Shown here one piece after another: positions 8,876 through 17,198 of a stretch of 64,000 bases of DNA (position 1 is the stretch's first letter; every line of letters starts with the position of its first letter). The DNA lies in NCBI GenBank assembly GCA_021804095.1, contig JAJZKQ010000001.1, positions 17,993-81,992 of the forward strand, written 5' to 3'. This DNA comes from Candidatus Micrarchaeota archaeon (GTDB taxonomy: Archaea; Micrarchaeota; Micrarchaeia; Micrarchaeales; CABMGC01). The position numbers and the translations under genes are program-made. The notes under the pieces were generated by a model that worked only from the letters and a program-made list of their open reading frames with translations, had not been told where the DNA came from and did not search any database.

Positions 8876-9631
8876 TCAGAAGTTCTGTTGTCGTAATGAA
8901 AACGATTTGTCTATCTCATTGTATAACTCTTGCTTGGTAGTGCTTATGTAGGTCAGCGTTACAGCTGTTGCTCTATGGCGAGCAAACTTGGCTGTAAGAA
9001 TGATATTGCCGTTTGTCTGCTTAGAAAAGCTAGTTATTGCATAATGTCTGAGGCTATGAGTAGTAAGCCTGTGTAGGCTTCTAGGAACATTATCATAATT
9101 GGTTTCATCGCTGCTATCATATATTCTGTCTAGCCCTGCTTTCTGAACGTAATGCCTGAACCTGTTTCTAAGATAGTCCTTGCTTAGATACTGCTCATTT
9201 CTTTCGCTGTAATAGCCATCTTCTTTGAAGAACAGATAGCCCATAGATGTTTCTCTCCGCTTCTTGTTTTGCTTTAGGAATTCAAGCGTCAGCCTGAAGA
9301 GAGGTATTGGTAGGATTAAAGTGTCCAATGTGTTTGACTTTTCACTTTTTATAGTAAGTTCTCTTGTTTGGAAGTCAATATTCTTGATATTGAGTCTTAC
9401 TGCTTCTCCTACTCTTATGCCAAGCTGCGCTTGATAGGAAAAGAGCAGTTGAAGTTTCGGGTTGTCTATAATCCTGAAGAACAGCTGCACCTCCTGTTCG
9501 GTAAAACCTTTGTTGAGGCTTCCGTATTTAGGAGGTTGATTCTTTGCAAACTTCTTTAGAAATTGTTTGTGTACAATTTTCTTTATGAACTTCATCTGAT
9601 GATAGGTAAGCTTTGGAAGCACTGAATACAA
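8876..9631 (-). CDS. Tyrosine recombinase / phage-type integrase (XerC/D-like)
   Basis: 251 aa. Catalytic-region motifs LGIRVGEAVRL (Arg), HSLRHYAITS (H-x-x-R), and ARHRATAVTLTYI (His...Tyr). Confidence 0.85.
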   Translation of the reverse strand: MYSVLPKLTYHQMKFIKKIVHKQFLKKFAKNQPPKYGSLNKGFTEQEVQLFFRIIDNPKLQLLFSYQAQLGIRVGEAVRLNIKNIDFQTRELTIKSEKSNTLDTLILPIPLFRLTLEFLKQNKKRRETSMGYLFFKEDGYYSERNEQYLSKDYLRNRFRHYVQKAGLDRIYDSSDETNYDNVPRSLHRLTTHSLRHYAITSFSKQTNGNIILTAKFARHRATAVTLTYISTTKQELYNEIDKSFSLRQQNF

Positions 9632-9669
9632 GTCGTTTATAACGACTTTCGTATTCGGATTCCTTTTTC

Positions 9670-9726
9670 GGATTTGAACACGCCTTTTCTTTCTGATTTT
9701 GCTTGATTATCTAGGATTTGAACCCG
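9670..9726. repeat. Two degenerate copies of the tRNA T-arm core (GGATTTGAAC)
   Basis: GGATTTGAACACG lies at 9670-9682 and GGATTTGAACCCG at 9714-9726. The genuine tRNA-Glu T-arm GGATTTGAACCCG is at 9761-9773. Spacing is 44 and 47 nt. The copy at 9714 also shares an ATTTTG flank with the tRNA 3' flank. Confidence 0.5.
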
Positions 9727-9749
9727 CGACTTACGTCGTGAATTTTGAG

Positions 9750-9824
9750 TGCTCCCGCCGGGATTTGAACCCGGGTTGCGGGGTTGAAAGCCCCACGTCC
9801 TTGGCCGAGCTAGACGACAGGAGC
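9750..9824 (-). tRNA. tRNA-Glu (anticodon UUC)
   Basis: Hand-folded cloverleaf. Acceptor GCUCCUG/CGGGAGC, D stem GUCU/GGAC, anticodon arm UGGGG-CUUUCAA-CCCCG, T arm CCGGG-UUCAAAU-CCCGG. No encoded CCA and no intron. Confidence 0.9.
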
Positions 9825-9981
9825 AAGTGGTTCAGATATGGATTCTCATGTAAGATATAAATAATAATTTTTTGCCTGGCCTGTCCGGAAGATTGCACAT
9901 GAAAAATTATGAATGGTAATACGCCTATATAAAGATGCGAATATGGTATAAATAACTAGTAGTCATGATAAGTATCTGGTT

Positions 9982-10617
9982 GTGGGTGTCTGTCTGGAAG
10001 GAGCTTTGATATGTATTGAAGGAGTAGACGGAGCTGGTAAGAGTACTCAGACAGAGATGCTTGCTAAAAGGCTGAAAGATTCCAGATCTAAAGTAATAGT
10101 TTACAACTATCCAGATTATTCATCAAGGTATGGGAAGATAATAAAGGATTATCTCTATGGAAAAATAGATATGGAAAACGATGAATTCTTCTTCTTGCAG
10201 ATGCTCGACAAGCAGAAGGACAGAACTAGGATAAGAAACGATATGAATGAAGGAAGCACAGTAATTATGAACAGATATATACACTCGCAGATAGCTTACC
10301 AGTGTGCTTCTGGATTCGATTATGAAAGTGCAAAGAGGATCATCAATCTCTCCAAGATGCCTCTTCCAGACATAGTCGTATACATAGACGTTGATATAGG
10401 AACAGCTTTGAAAAGAAAGAAGATACAGAAGTCAGGCAACCTTGATAGGAATGAAAAATCCGAGGAGTATCTTGAAAAAGTTAGAAATATTTACAAAAAA
10501 CTTGAATCGGAGAAATTTGGATGTGGGAAGTGGCTCAGAGTAGATGGTAACAGAGAGTACTCAGTCATACATGAGGAAATATATATGGAAGTCTGCAACA
10601 TATTAAAAGTATGGTGA
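9982..10617 (+). CDS. tmk: Thymidylate kinase
   Basis: 211 aa (GTG start in the track). P-loop IEGVDGAGKSTQ and a typical dTMP kinase layout. Confidence 0.9.
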   Translation: MGVCLEGALICIEGVDGAGKSTQTEMLAKRLKDSRSKVIVYNYPDYSSRYGKIIKDYLYGKIDMENDEFFFLQMLDKQKDRTRIRNDMNEGSTVIMNRYIHSQIAYQCASGFDYESAKRIINLSKMPLPDIVVYIDVDIGTALKRKKIQKSGNLDRNEKSEEYLEKVRNIYKKLESEKFGCGKWLRVDGNREYSVIHEEIYMEVCNILKVW

Positions 10618-10621
10618 ACGT

Positions 10622-11068
10622 ATGGCGGATAATAGGCCAACTATAGATGAAGTGATGGTTGATATTTCAAGAATGATGGCTAAACGGAGCTCATGCCCTA
10701 AGAGACAGGTTGGGGCAGTTATTACTAAGGGAGGGAGGGTAATAAGCAGCGGTTATGTTGGAGCGCCTGCAGGCATGCCTCATTGTATTGACGAAGGAGT
10801 CGGCTGCCTATTGGATTCTGATGGCAGATGCATAAGGACAGTGCATGCGGAGCAGAATGCCATAGCCGTTGCTGCCAAGAATGGAATATCAACTGATGGG
10901 GGAACACTTTATTCTACAGTCCAGCCTTGTTTCCTATGTGCTAAGAGCATTATTGCAGCAGGAGTCAGGAGGGTAGTATATGTAGAAGAATATAGAAAGG
11001 AAAATCCAGGATCTCTTGACCTCTTCGCTAGCGCAGGTGTTGAAGTTCTGCACTGGAAGGGGAAATAA
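10622..11068 (+). CDS. dCMP deaminase (cytidine/deoxycytidylate deaminase family)
   Basis: 148 aa with zinc motifs HAEQNAI and PCFLCAK. Confidence 0.9.
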   Translation: MADNRPTIDEVMVDISRMMAKRSSCPKRQVGAVITKGGRVISSGYVGAPAGMPHCIDEGVGCLLDSDGRCIRTVHAEQNAIAVAAKNGISTDGGTLYSTVQPCFLCAKSIIAAGVRRVVYVEEYRKENPGSLDLFASAGVEVLHWKGK

Positions 11069-11118
11069 AGGGCATGTGACTTAAGAAGGCTTATTTCTTC
11101 TTAATTTTGCAGAGTTTG

Positions 11119-11703
11119 CTAGATCTGTTTCTCCACTCCTCCGGTTGATACTCTACCTCCTTTCCATTGGCCTTCATAAGCGCGATGTATATCTCCGGCT
11201 ACCTGCATGAAGACTATATTTGCAAATCTTGCGCCAAGCTCAAGCCTGAATGGTTTTCCGCCTAGATTTGCAATGGCGAATGTCAGCTCACCGCTATAGC
11301 CAGGATCAGTCTTTGTAGCCATTAGATATATGCCGCAGCGCTGCAGCGTGCTTCGTGGATATACATGCAGAGAAAGATACATCGGTTTCTCTCCTTCTTC
11401 AATTGTTATCTTTTCTCCTGGAATATTGAATTTCTCAATTGTTTTTACAAGGAGGTATTCGCCTGGAGCCATGATTATATCCTTGTCTCCTTTATCTATG
11501 TCTGCTATTTTTTCCGTGTCTGAGCTCTTGCGGTCTTCAACTCCGAGAAAGCCTTCTCCTATCAGCTTGTATATCTTGCCGGCTCGGATGTCAATGCCTA
11601 CGCCCTCTGGATTTGTAAGCTCTCGCTCATCCATATTCTCTATCAGGTTATACTTTTGATTTAATTCCAATACTTTTAATGTGGATATTATCATTTTATT
11701 CAC
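11119..11703 (-). CDS. dcd: dCTP deaminase / dUTPase-family protein
   Basis: 194 aa. Contains TDPGYSGELTFAIANLGGKPFRLELGARFANIVF, typical of the dCTP deaminase/dUTPase fold. Confidence 0.85.
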   Translation of the reverse strand: MNKMIISTLKVLELNQKYNLIENMDERELTNPEGVGIDIRAGKIYKLIGEGFLGVEDRKSSDTEKIADIDKGDKDIIMAPGEYLLVKTIEKFNIPGEKITIEEGEKPMYLSLHVYPRSTLQRCGIYLMATKTDPGYSGELTFAIANLGGKPFRLELGARFANIVFMQVAGDIHRAYEGQWKGGRVSTGGVEKQI

Positions 11704-13306
11704 TTTTTTTCATGTCGAGCTCTTCCAGTTTTCTGTCTATTCGCTTTTCGCTCTCTATCCTTGGAAGCGCATAGTCATTCATGTCTACCTGCATATACTC
11801 TGCGATTAGAGGATGTTTCTCGAATATTATGTTCCTTAGCCGCTGCGCTACTTTTCTGTAGTCTGGATGTCCTTGTTTGGAAGACCTGAGTTCGGTTATA
11901 TGGAAGGCTTCCCTAAGATTCATTTTTATGTACCATTTCATCCTGAAGCCGCGTGGGACAATATATTGTGCTTCGTTAGGAAGATCGGCATATATGACAT
12001 CATATGCCTCTTTCGCCTTGTCCATGACTTCTTTGAATTCTTTTTCTAAGCCTATCTCAGCAAGCTCGGCAGGCGTGTCAAATCCCATATCCGCAGTCAG
12101 TTCCTGTCTTTCCTGGCTTAGCTGCCTGTGCCTGTGGAGGTCTCTGAAGACTCCGTAGTTTGCACATAGTTCGAATGTATAATATATGTTCTCAAGCGCC
12201 CTGCCCGGCTTATCCCGCCTGTTTCTCCTCTTGGAAAGATAGTCTGAAGCTAGCCGCTTCTTTTCATCAGGAGACATTGCCTTTACTTTGGATAGGAGGG
12301 CATCAAGAGTATCGTCAGAATAGGGATAGAGCATTGCCGCTAGAATCTTATTTTCTCCGTCCGGATCATAATCTACCAATTTTATTGGTTCTGTCTTAGA
12401 TTCTTTGTTTCTTGCTTTATTTCTATGTTTGCTCATCTCTGCCCTTGTATCTATTATATATTCGGAGGGTTTTGACCGTTTTACGAATGCAGGTATTACC
12501 TTTGATAATTCTTCGTGTATATCTTCGGCAAGAAGCTGGGCCTCTTCAAGATTGCTTGAATGGAGCTTTGTAAGAAGATACTCGAATGCCCTTCCATTTC
12601 CATACAGGCCTACATTGGTAAGCCTTCCTGCAGGAAGCAGGTTCTTCAGTATGTCGCATGCCTTGGCTCTTGTCGCGCTCTCATATGCTCGATCTGTGGC
12701 AGCAGGATCTTTAGGCGTTACTGACTTTACATGTGCCTGGACTATGGGAAGCCATTTGGAGTATGAAGAAAAGAGGAGGTCCATTGTTTCTTCGTAGATC
12801 TGCCTGTGTTTTGATGACATTATGGCTTTATTTCTGTACCAGAGATATTTTCCGTCTATTTTTTTATCGAAAAGTATGTACCTTGCAGACTTTTCAAGCG
12901 GTGAAATTCCTATCCTTGAATCGGTAAGAAGGTCTGCTGCAAGGCTGGAGATATTCTCGCATGCAAGATGCACTCCTGCAAGTTCAGCTACTGAATCGTC
13001 CCCATATCCTACAAGAACTCGCTGGTAGAAATCCTCGGCCTTCTTTATCGCCAGTGCGGTGTTGGAGTAATCGGATTGGGATCCTGCGCCTATTACCTCG
13101 GCTATATCTTTGTTCTGAATGAATTCGTCTAGAAGAAGCCTTCTTGCGCCTTTGTCTGATCTGCTATACCTTGAGAATAATGTTCCTTTTATAACTTCAG
13201 GCAGGTTTGTAAGCACGAAAGTGTTCTTCTCCAGGCTTGAAAAATAAGGCTTTATTATCTCCTTCTCATTTTCACTAAGTCTCTCTTTAAAAACAGGCTC
13301 TTCCAC
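11696..13306 (-). CDS. thyX: FAD-dependent thymidylate synthase ThyX, double-length form
   Basis: 536 aa. The ThyX signature RHRxxS appears as DLHRHRQLSQERQ in the C-terminal half. The N-terminal half has a degenerate counterpart (TLFSRYSRSDKG). Overlaps dcd by 8 nt. Confidence 0.85.
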   Translation of the reverse strand: MEEPVFKERLSENEKEIIKPYFSSLEKNTFVLTNLPEVIKGTLFSRYSRSDKGARRLLLDEFIQNKDIAEVIGAGSQSDYSNTALAIKKAEDFYQRVLVGYGDDSVAELAGVHLACENISSLAADLLTDSRIGISPLEKSARYILFDKKIDGKYLWYRNKAIMSSKHRQIYEETMDLLFSSYSKWLPIVQAHVKSVTPKDPAATDRAYESATRAKACDILKNLLPAGRLTNVGLYGNGRAFEYLLTKLHSSNLEEAQLLAEDIHEELSKVIPAFVKRSKPSEYIIDTRAEMSKHRNKARNKESKTEPIKLVDYDPDGENKILAAMLYPYSDDTLDALLSKVKAMSPDEKKRLASDYLSKRRNRRDKPGRALENIYYTFELCANYGVFRDLHRHRQLSQERQELTADMGFDTPAELAEIGLEKEFKEVMDKAKEAYDVIYADLPNEAQYIVPRGFRMKWYIKMNLREAFHITELRSSKQGHPDYRKVAQRLRNIIFEKHPLIAEYMQVDMNDYALPRIESEKRIDRKLEELDMKKSE

Positions 13307-13375
13307 GATAGCACAAGAATTCTTTAAGAGTAAAAAGATTATAAACTATCTGTGGAAGAGCATGAAATTTATTAC

Positions 13376-13657
13376 TCATCTGGATAGGTCGTTTATCTCT
13401 TCCCTTGTTGCTGTTTCCTCCTTCAAGCCCGAAGGGTTTGAAACGAGAACAACGTCACCTACATTCTTTACGCTCTTGTATAGTATGCTCTTCTTCTTTA
13501 GAAGAGAGGCCGCATCGCTCTTAACTCCTTTCCATGGAGTCATGAGAAGCCTGCTTATCTCACCTTTTTCGAGATCTATTACTACATCCTGCACGTCCCC
13601 AAGGTATTGCCCTGAATCGCTATATACATCCATCCTGTATATTTCTGATATCTTCAT
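13376..13657 (-). CDS. PRC-barrel domain protein
   Basis: I moved the start to the internal ATG at 13657, preceded by GGTGA. MKISEIYRMDVYSDSGQYLGDVQDVVIDLEKGEISRLLM is a typical PRC-barrel N-terminus. The track ORF starts at 13723. Confidence 0.6.
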   Translation of the reverse strand: MKISEIYRMDVYSDSGQYLGDVQDVVIDLEKGEISRLLMTPWKGVKSDAASLLKKKSILYKSVKNVGDVVLVSNPSGLKEETATREEINDLSR

Positions 13658-13846
13658 TTTTTCACCAGTTCGCCTTAACCTATATAGGAAGCAGGTATTA
13701 AAAACTTTTCCAGTTGCGGACATTTAGAGGAAGTCTTGGTCTTCCGTAAAGAAATTTGCAGAAACTGGGTTTTGCATTGAGATGCTCATGCCCGCATAGG
13801 CTTGAATTTAGCTAATTCTATAAATGTTGAATAGTCAATATTAGAT

Positions 13847-14953
13847 ATGGCTGATCTTGAAACAACCCTTAATGAGCTTAGGGAAGAGTATGCCAAGACT
13901 AAGCATAATAAAGCTACAAACAAGCATCTGGGCATACTCAGGAAGAAGATAGCTAATGTAAAAAAAGAGATGTCGAGCAGCAAGAAGAGCAGGGGGATCG
14001 GGTTTGCCGTTAAGAAATCGGGCGATGCTACTGTAGTATTGGTTGGTTTCCCTAATGCAGGAAAGAGCTCACTTTTGAGTGCCATCACAAATGCGGAATC
14101 GAGAATCGCAGCTTATGAGTTTACTACACTTGATGTCATACCTGGCACTATGAGGTACATGGGCGCAAACATACAGATCCTTGATATACCTGGGTTGATA
14201 GAGGGCGCAGGGCAGGGAAAAGGAGGCGGAGCCAAGATAGCGAGCGTAATACGCGTTTCAGACCTTCTCTTGATAGTGCTCGATATAACAAAACCGGAGG
14301 GCCTGTACACACTTCTGGATGAACTTTATGACCTGGACATAAGGATCAACAAGCCGAGACCGAGAATAAATGTTGAAAGACGGCTTACTGGAGGTCTTGA
14401 ATTGGAGGGTCTTGGGCATAAGATTCCGTCAAAAAAGGAGGTTCAGGAAATCCTTAACGGCTATGGAATCTATAATGGAAAGGTGATCTTCCACCAAGAC
14501 GCGGATTTGTTTGACTTGATGGAAATAATGGACAATAGCATAGTAAACATAAGGGCATTGATAATACTAAACAAGATAGATAGCGTCACTCCCGGATTTA
14601 CAAACGCTATAAGCAGGGAGATAGAGGAAAAAACAGGAGTTAGGACAGTTCCAATAAGCGCGGCCGAGAAGACCAATCTTGAGGCACTTAGGAGAATTAT
14701 ATTCTCGGAATTGGAGCTTGTGAGAATATACCTTAAACCGAAAGACGGCAAGGCAGATATGGAAAAGCCCATGGTGCTTAGAGGCAATTCTACAGTGATG
14801 GATCTTGCCAGAAGACTGCATTCAAAAACAGCAAACAACCTTAGATATGCATATATAAATGGGAAAAGCGCAAAGTTTCCTAACCAGAGGCAGGGAAGGG
14901 AGCATATTCTTGCAGATGAAGATATAGTGACTCTTGTTTATGAAAAGGTATGA
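13847..14953 (+). CDS. OBG/DRG-family GTPase with C-terminal TGS domain
   Basis: 368 aa. G1 GFPNAGKSS, G3 DIPGLIEGA, G4 LNKID, and C-terminal YINGKSAKFPNQRQGREHILADEDIVTL (TGS-like). Confidence 0.9.
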   Translation: MADLETTLNELREEYAKTKHNKATNKHLGILRKKIANVKKEMSSSKKSRGIGFAVKKSGDATVVLVGFPNAGKSSLLSAITNAESRIAAYEFTTLDVIPGTMRYMGANIQILDIPGLIEGAGQGKGGGAKIASVIRVSDLLLIVLDITKPEGLYTLLDELYDLDIRINKPRPRINVERRLTGGLELEGLGHKIPSKKEVQEILNGYGIYNGKVIFHQDADLFDLMEIMDNSIVNIRALIILNKIDSVTPGFTNAISREIEEKTGVRTVPISAAEKTNLEALRRIIFSELELVRIYLKPKDGKADMEKPMVLRGNSTVMDLARRLHSKTANNLRYAYINGKSAKFPNQRQGREHILADEDIVTLVYEKV

Positions 14954-15452
14954 GTATATGGTAAGAGGTTTTGATATTGTAGATATGGATTCTGTCAACA
15001 TTAGGCTTGCTGAGGTTATAGGTTACAAGAAGGTATATGCTAGAAATGAGATAATAGTTACTGAAGATCAGGCATATGAGGGAAAGTGCATATTTTTGGG
15101 AAGGGAGCATGGAGCATTGGGAAAGGCTCTCAGGAGGAACAATGTGGAAGGCATAATGATCTTTGACAATGAACTTATAAGACAGACGTTAGAAGAGTGC
15201 CGTGATAACGAGAAAATTCTTTTCGTAGATATTTCAAACCTAACAGTACAGGAGCAGAGGCTGAGGCTTAGGAATATACATAGGGCAAGATTCCTGATAA
15301 GATCCGCCTTGAGGAGCAGGACTAAGATAGCGTTGGTCTCGCTTGCGAAGGATGAGGCAGGGATGCTTTCAGCTATGCAGATGCTTGCATTTGCCAAGTT
15401 TCTTGGTATAAATGAGAAAGATGCTGACAGTATATTCTACAACAAAGGATGA
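14934..15452 (+). CDS. rnp3: RNase P protein component 3 (Rpp30-like), tentative
   Basis: 172 aa. The C-terminal KIALVSLAKDEAGMLSAMQMLAFAKFLGINEKDA resembles the Rpp30 TIM-barrel end. It sits directly upstream of a clear Pop5 homolog, as in other archaea. Confidence 0.55.
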   Translation: MFMKRYEYMVRGFDIVDMDSVNIRLAEVIGYKKVYARNEIIVTEDQAYEGKCIFLGREHGALGKALRRNNVEGIMIFDNELIRQTLEECRDNEKILFVDISNLTVQEQRLRLRNIHRARFLIRSALRSRTKIALVSLAKDEAGMLSAMQMLAFAKFLGINEKDADSIFYNKG

Positions 15453-15777
15453 TGCGTTGATACTGAGATACAAATATAGATACATATTATTCATGTCTTC
15501 TTCTGAGCTTGATTTTGGGATTGAGGAAAGAGGTTTATTAAACGAGATAATGAGATACATTGGTGAGATTTCTTACTCTAAAGCAAATCCTAAGATAGCT
15601 GCTCAGTACTCGCGGAAGTTGTTTGTCATAAAAACCGAGAGAAGCTACGAAGATTTGATAATACTTGCACTTTCTTTCATTAAAGAGCTTCATGGCAGGA
15701 GGATCGGGTTTTTTTCTCTGAAGAGCTCCGGAACAATAAAAAGCCTGCGTGTATACTCTAAAAAGATAACCGCTTAG
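15412..15777 (+). CDS. rnp2: RNase P protein component 2 (Pop5/Rpp14)
   Basis: Contains LRYKYRYILF...FVIKTERSYEDLIILALSFIKELHGRRIGFFSLKSSGTIKSL, which matches the archaeal Pop5 pattern (LR-K-RYI-F ... SGTIK-L). The start is uncertain; an alternative TTG at 15457 lies just after the rnp3 stop. Confidence 0.7.
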   Translation: MRKMLTVYSTTKDDALILRYKYRYILFMSSSELDFGIEERGLLNEIMRYIGEISYSKANPKIAAQYSRKLFVIKTERSYEDLIILALSFIKELHGRRIGFFSLKSSGTIKSLRVYSKKITA

Positions 15778-16094
15778 AATATCTCCCCAACCAGCGAGGT
15801 AATTCCGCCTTTCATGCTTATTGAGTTTATTCCGAACTTGTCCTTTAGCAAGGTAGCAAGGTATCGTGAGGAATTCCCATGGTAACATACAAATACATGA
15901 TCAGAGAACTTCTCGGCTTCGGCTCTGTCTGCATACGCGAGGTTGTTAGGTTCTGCCTTTATTAGCTGGCTTTCTTCTAGTCCTGTAAGTTCACGTATAT
16001 ACTCTATCGGTTCCCTGCCTATCCATACCAGCTTGGTATTCTTTTCCTTTGTAAATCTTATTGCTTCTTCAAAATTCATTTCAGTTATTGCCAT
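15774..16094 (-). CDS. Single-domain rhodanese (sulfurtransferase)
   Basis: 106 aa with the active-site loop CYHGNSSR (Cys-x5-Arg). Confidence 0.8.
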   Translation of the reverse strand: MAITEMNFEEAIRFTKEKNTKLVWIGREPIEYIRELTGLEESQLIKAEPNNLAYADRAEAEKFSDHVFVCYHGNSSRYLATLLKDKFGINSISMKGGITSLVGEIF

Positions 16095-16783
16095 GGTTAT
16101 GCCTTTGTTATTGTGGCGTTATTGTAACGCTGATAGTTTGAACTTTCATTGATTTTTGGTTTTCGGTTTTTTAGTTGATCTTATCAATGATCTGAGAATT
16201 AAAATAGTTGTTGCTGTTATTAGCAGTATCCCTATAGAAGATGTGGGCCTGGCTAGTTTTTTTAGTTCGGCAGATACAGTGGAATCAGATTTTGATTTCA
16301 CATCTGCTAGTTTAGTAGATCCCATATGCATCAATGTGTGAAGTAGATTTTTGATAATTAATAAATGCTCTTATGTATTACTTTCTATTTGAAGGCATTA
16401 CTTCAGGTATTATGCTCTTGCCTTTCTTTATTAGTCTGGTTTGGTTTGGAACTTGATTGGTTTTTGGTTGGTTTTGGTTGGATTTTTGGATTGTTGGTCT
16501 TGCTGCTTCTTTTAAGCGGAGGAGGTGGGGAGGCAGTCCATGCCCATAATGTGGCACTGGCGTCTGTGTTGCTGCCATAATTAAATAGCCTTTCAGAATT
16601 CCCATAATGATTATTATGGAATTTAGATATTTAATTGTATTCTTGCTGTGTCTGTCTCTGTTTTGATTGTTTTGATTATAATTATTTAGTTGATGCGGAA
16701 TTTTGTATATTGCATGGTAAACATAGGGATTATTATAACTTTTCTGGCTTAGCTTAATCACTATTTATCACTCTGGTGAATAA

Positions 16784-17146
16784 ATGAATATAAGCGATTT
16801 GAAGGCAGGAGCATCGAATGTTGATGTTGAAGCGGTAGTAGCAGAAAAGGATGAACCTAGAGAGGTCGTGACAAAATATGGGAAGAAGCTTAGTGTAGCA
16901 AATGCTATACTTAAGGATGATACCGGAAGCATAGCGATTTCACTCTGGGGAGACACGATAGGCCAGATAAATGTTGGCGACAAAGTAAAGGTTACCAATG
17001 GTTATGTAAATGAATTCAGGGGTACGCCTCAGCTTTCAACTGGTAAATTCGGGAAGATAGAAGTTATCGAGAAAGGAAGTGGAAACTCGGATAGCCCATC
17101 TGAAGAGAATTATGATCCTGAAGAAACGGATGCAGAAGAGATGTAA
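16784..17146 (+). CDS. ssb: Single OB-fold ssDNA-binding protein with acidic C-terminal tail
   Basis: 120 aa. OB pattern VDVEAVVAEKDEPREVVTKYGKKLSVANAILKDDTGSIAISLWGD...VTNGYVNEFRGTPQLS, with tail EENYDPEETDAEEM. Confidence 0.75.
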   Translation: MNISDLKAGASNVDVEAVVAEKDEPREVVTKYGKKLSVANAILKDDTGSIAISLWGDTIGQINVGDKVKVTNGYVNEFRGTPQLSTGKFGKIEVIEKGSGNSDSPSEENYDPEETDAEEM

Positions 17147-17198
17147 TTTTACATCTTTTCTTCTTTTTGATTAGATAAAACAGGCAAAGGTTCTTTTT

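Larger units (their letters stand above)
8216..9749. mobile_element. Core of a putative integrated element (toxin-antitoxin pair + tyrosine integrase) abutting the 3' end of tRNA-Glu; true left boundary unknown
   Basis: The integrase gene ends about 120 nt from the tRNA-Glu 3' end. Degenerate tRNA T-arm fragments lie between them. Accessory cargo sits further left. Confidence 0.45.

Noticed and set aside
9694-9745. Possible second tRNA gene just 3' of tRNA-Glu (GGATTTGAACCCG T-arm core)
   Set aside because: The reverse complement gives GCGGG-TTCAAAT-CCTAG, which pairs at only 3 of 5 T-stem positions. No acceptor, D or anticodon arm can be drawn. I treat it as a decayed repeat instead.
16365-16761. 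ORFs 16365..16580 (+) and 16378..16761 (-) over the TTGG/CCAA repeat
   Set aside because: Both are low-complexity translations of a simple repeat (Leu/Gly/Trp-rich versus Gln/Asn/Pro/Lys-rich). Neither strand is convincing, so I report the region as an unexplained stretch, not as genes.
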